A stretch of DNA of 64,000 nt from Gracilinanus agilis (taxonomy: Eukaryota): the NCBI RefSeq assembly GCF_016433145.1, contig NC_058133.1, positions 186,122,141 to 186,186,140 on the forward strand. The letters run 5' to 3'. This document shows positions 61,060-64,000 of the stretch, one piece after another. The position numbers and the translations under genes were made by a program. How positions within the stretch are numbered: position 1 is the stretch's first letter; each line of letters begins with the position of its first letter. A model generated the notes under the pieces. The model saw nothing but the letters and a program-made list of their open reading frames with translations. It was not told the origin of the DNA and ran no database searches.

Positions 61060-61775
61060 AGAGTGGTGAATTGACCCAACCATCCTGGAAGGCAATTTGG
61101 AATTATGCCCAAAGGGCTTTAAAAATGCATGCCCTTTGATCCAATGATACCACTACTAGGTTTGTACCCCAAAGAGATAAAAAATGTTTGTACAAAAATA
61201 TTTATAGCCGTGCTCTTTGTGATGGCAAAAAAAATTGGAAAATGAGGGGGTGTCCCTTGATTAGGGAATGGCTGAACAAATTGTGGTATATGATGGTGAT
61301 GAAATACTATTGTACTATAAGGAATGATGAACTGCTTGATTTCTATAAAAACTAGAAGACCTCCATGAACTGATGCTGAGTGAAATGAGCAGAACCAGGA
61401 GAACACTGTACATAGTAACTGAAACATTATGGGATGATCAAAAGTAATAGACTTTGCTACTAACAGCAATGCAATGATCTGAGACAATTTGGAGGGACTT
61501 AAGAGAAAGAATGCTATCCACGTCAAGAGAAAGAACTGTGGGAGTAGAAACACAGAAGAAAAACATATGATTTATCACCTGTTTATATAAATACAGAATT
61601 TGGGGGTTTTGTTTTAAAAGATTACTCTATTATAAAAATTAATAATATGGAAATGAGTATTCAGTGATAATACATGTTATAACCCAGTGGAATTGATTGC
61701 CAGCTCCAAGAGGGGAAAGGGGAGAGAGAGAACATGAATCACTTAATCATGGAAAAACACGTTTAAATAATTTTT
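61060..61775 (+). mobile_element. 5'-truncated L1 (ORF2 end plus 3' UTR)
   Basis: cctttgatccaatgataccactactaggtttgtaccccaaagag...gtgaaatgagcagaaccaggagaac...aacatgaatc. Confidence 0.9.
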
Positions 61776-62056
61776 TACAGAGTAAAGTGCTAGTAAAAAA
61801 TCACTCTAGTGGTCAATCTTTTAACTACGAGCCTCTCCATGCTTAATGTGGCTGATCCTAAGATGATAGTTTTGCATTGGTGCAAACCTTTCCAGTTTGG
61901 TAAGACCTAGAACATGTCAAGCTTCATAAGCATAGTTGAGTCCTAAGTTATGTTCTCTGAATCAATTTGGATATTTCCCAAATGACTTCTGAATACTCTT
62001 AGCTTGCCTGAGCCTCAATCCTTAAACAATAATTCCCTTTAAGAAATGCCACTAGC

Positions 62057-62266
62057 AGGGCAGCAAGGTGGTGCTTTTTTTAGAATTTAAATCTGGTCTC
62101 ATATAATTACTAGTTGTGTCACCCTGAGTAAGTCATTTAATTATGTTTGCATCAGTTTCTTCATCTGTAAATTGAGCTAGAGAAGGAAATGGTAAACCAC
62201 TCCAGTATCTTTGCTAAAAAAGGGCCAAAATGGGGTCATAGGGAATCAGAAAGAACTGAACAATAA
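62057..62266 (+). mobile_element. Marsupial CORE-SINE (MAR1-like)
   Basis: CORE block and gaaggaaatggtaaaccactccagtatctttg body. Confidence 0.8.
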
Positions 62267-62869
62267 TAAGGTGACATTTATTCCTGTGCTGGGTCATTTG
62301 CCCCTTACTGATGATTTGCATTGTTAGTTTTTGTTTTATTCTTGAAAGGCAATATGACTTGGTGAAAAGAGTGCTGGATTGAGACTCAGGAAGATCAGGG
62401 TTCAAAATTCAACTCTGACACTAGTTACAGTGTCCCTTAAACTCTCTGAATCTTAGTTTCCTCCTCCATTAAGTAGAAATGTCAATACTTTTAGTACCTG
62501 CTTCACAAGGTTTTTGTGAGACTCAAATAAGTTATTGAATGAAAGAAAATCTTTATTTGCTTTAAAAATTCATTATTGTCACTTATTATTATTATTATTA
62601 TTAACCTAGCCATGAAATACAGTTCTTAGTTGGGCATATTTATATCATTGCCTTCAGTATCTCTTACCCATGACAAAGATAAGCAATGATAATTCAGTAC
62701 TTCAAATATCTAGGATTTTGTTGGTATGTGGTTTTATTTCACTGAAAAGGTACAGGCTTTTCCTCTGGGCTTCAGCTACAAGAGAAAGCATCATCCCCTC
62801 AAGGAGAGATATATATTTTGTCCTTCTCCCCTGACTTCCAGTCTTGCATCTACAATTGTCTTTCTTTTT

Positions 62870-63065
62870 TTAAAAACCCTTAACTTCTGTCTTAGAATCA
62901 ATACTATGGATTGGTTCTAAGGCAAAAGAATTAGAAGAGCTAGGCAATGGGGGTTAAGTACTTGCCCAGGGTCACACAGCTAGGAAGTGCTGAGGTCAGA
63001 TTTTAACCCAGGACATCCCATCTCTAGACCTGATTCTCATTCCACTGAACCACCTGGCTGCTCCC
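62870..63065 (-). mobile_element. SINE1_Mdo-type SINE
   Basis: aaaacccttaacttctgtcttagaatc...ccactgaaccacctggctgc; flanks ca(a/g)ttg(t/c)ctttc. Confidence 0.9.
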
Positions 63066-63470
63066 TCCAGTTGCCTTTCAGACTGAACATCCCCTATACA
63101 TCTTAAACCCAACAGGTTCCTGAAACTAAACTCATTCTCTTTCCTCCAAATCCCTAACCCGCTATTATTGTTGAAGGCACCACCTTCATTCCAGTCAACA
63201 AGGCCCACAACCTAGGAGCCATCTCACCTTCCATATCCAAACTATTGCAAAATCAACCTTTGCAAAAAGGAGTATACATTCCCTTCTCTCCTCTGACACT
63301 GCCACTCCTCTGGTACAGGTCCTTATCTCCTCACTCCTAGATTATTATAATAAATTACTAGTGGGTCTGCCTGCCTTGAAACTCTCCCCACTCCATTTCG
63401 TCCTCCACTCATCTGTCAAATTGGTATTTCTATAGTTCAGATTTGATCATCTCTCCCTTCTTCCCCCCCC
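63066..63470 (+). mobile_element. L2 LINE remnant
   Basis: ctaaactcattctctttcctcc...ccttatctcctcactcctagattattataataaattactagtgggtctgcctgcc. Confidence 0.75.
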
Positions 63471-63474
63471 CCCC

Positions 63475-63949
63475 NNNNNNNNNNNNNNNNNNNNNNNNNN
63501 NNNNNNNNNNNNNNNNNNNNNNNNNNNNNNNNNNNNNNNNNNNNNNNNNNNNNNNNNNNNNNNNNNNNNNNNNNNNNNNNNNNNNNNNNNNNNNNNNNNN
63601 NNNNNNNNNNNNNNNNNNNNNNNNNNNNNNNNNNNNNNNNNNNNNNNNNNNNNNNNNNNNNNNNNNNNNNNNNNNNNNNNNNNNNNNNNNNNNNNNNNNN
63701 NNNNNNNNNNNNNNNNNNNNNNNNNNNNNNNNNNNNNNNNNNNNNNNNNNNNNNNNNNNNNNNNNNNNNNNNNNNNNNNNNNNNNNNNNNNNNNNNNNNN
63801 NNNNNNNNNNNNNNNNNNNNNNNNNNNNNNNNNNNNNNNNNNNNNNNNNNNNNNNNNNNNNNNNNNNNNNNNNNNNNNNNNNNNNNNNNNNNNNNNNNNN
63901 NNNNNNNNNNNNNNNNNNNNNNNNNNNNNNNNNNNNNNNNNNNNNNNNN
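63475..63949. other. Assembly gap (N run)
   Basis: 475 N. Confidence 1.
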
Positions 63950-64000
63950 TGATGTGCTATGGTCCATAGATTCACAAAGAGTCAGGTACAAATGAACAAC

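Noticed and set aside
63430-63991. ORFs of 169-184 aa spanning the second gap
   Set aside because: Artefacts of the N run
1-64000. CRISPR arrays, operons, rRNA or intact tRNA genes
   Set aside because: Mammalian repeat-rich DNA; no regularly spaced direct repeats and no intact structural RNA gene seen

Overview
AT-rich, CpG-depleted eukaryotic genomic DNA. The SINE, LINE and LTR content points to a marsupial, most likely the opossum Monodelphis domestica (SINE1_Mdo-type SINEs, MAR1/MIR CORE-SINEs, marsupial L1, L2). A large fraction of the window is recognisable interspersed repeat: many SINEs with target-site duplications (TSDs), L1 fragments of several ages, L2 remnants, about 8 solo LTRs, a hAT MITE with an 8-bp TSD and a decayed 7SL RNA copy. 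There are two assembly gaps. I cannot identify any protein-coding gene with confidence. The ORF track is essentially noise from repeats, low-complexity tracts and N runs. Several short segments have good splice signals and open, phase-compatible frames (best: minus strand, 44312-37098), and a CpG-enriched, promoter-like zone lies at about 24.6-26.6 kb; these are low-confidence candidates. The most unusual object is a TSD-flanked L1 whose 5' UTR is joined directly to its 3' end at what looks like a splice acceptor (57651-58712). No prokaryotic features such as CRISPR or operons are present. All repeat family names come from recall and by-eye alignment, not from a database search, and many boundaries are approximate.
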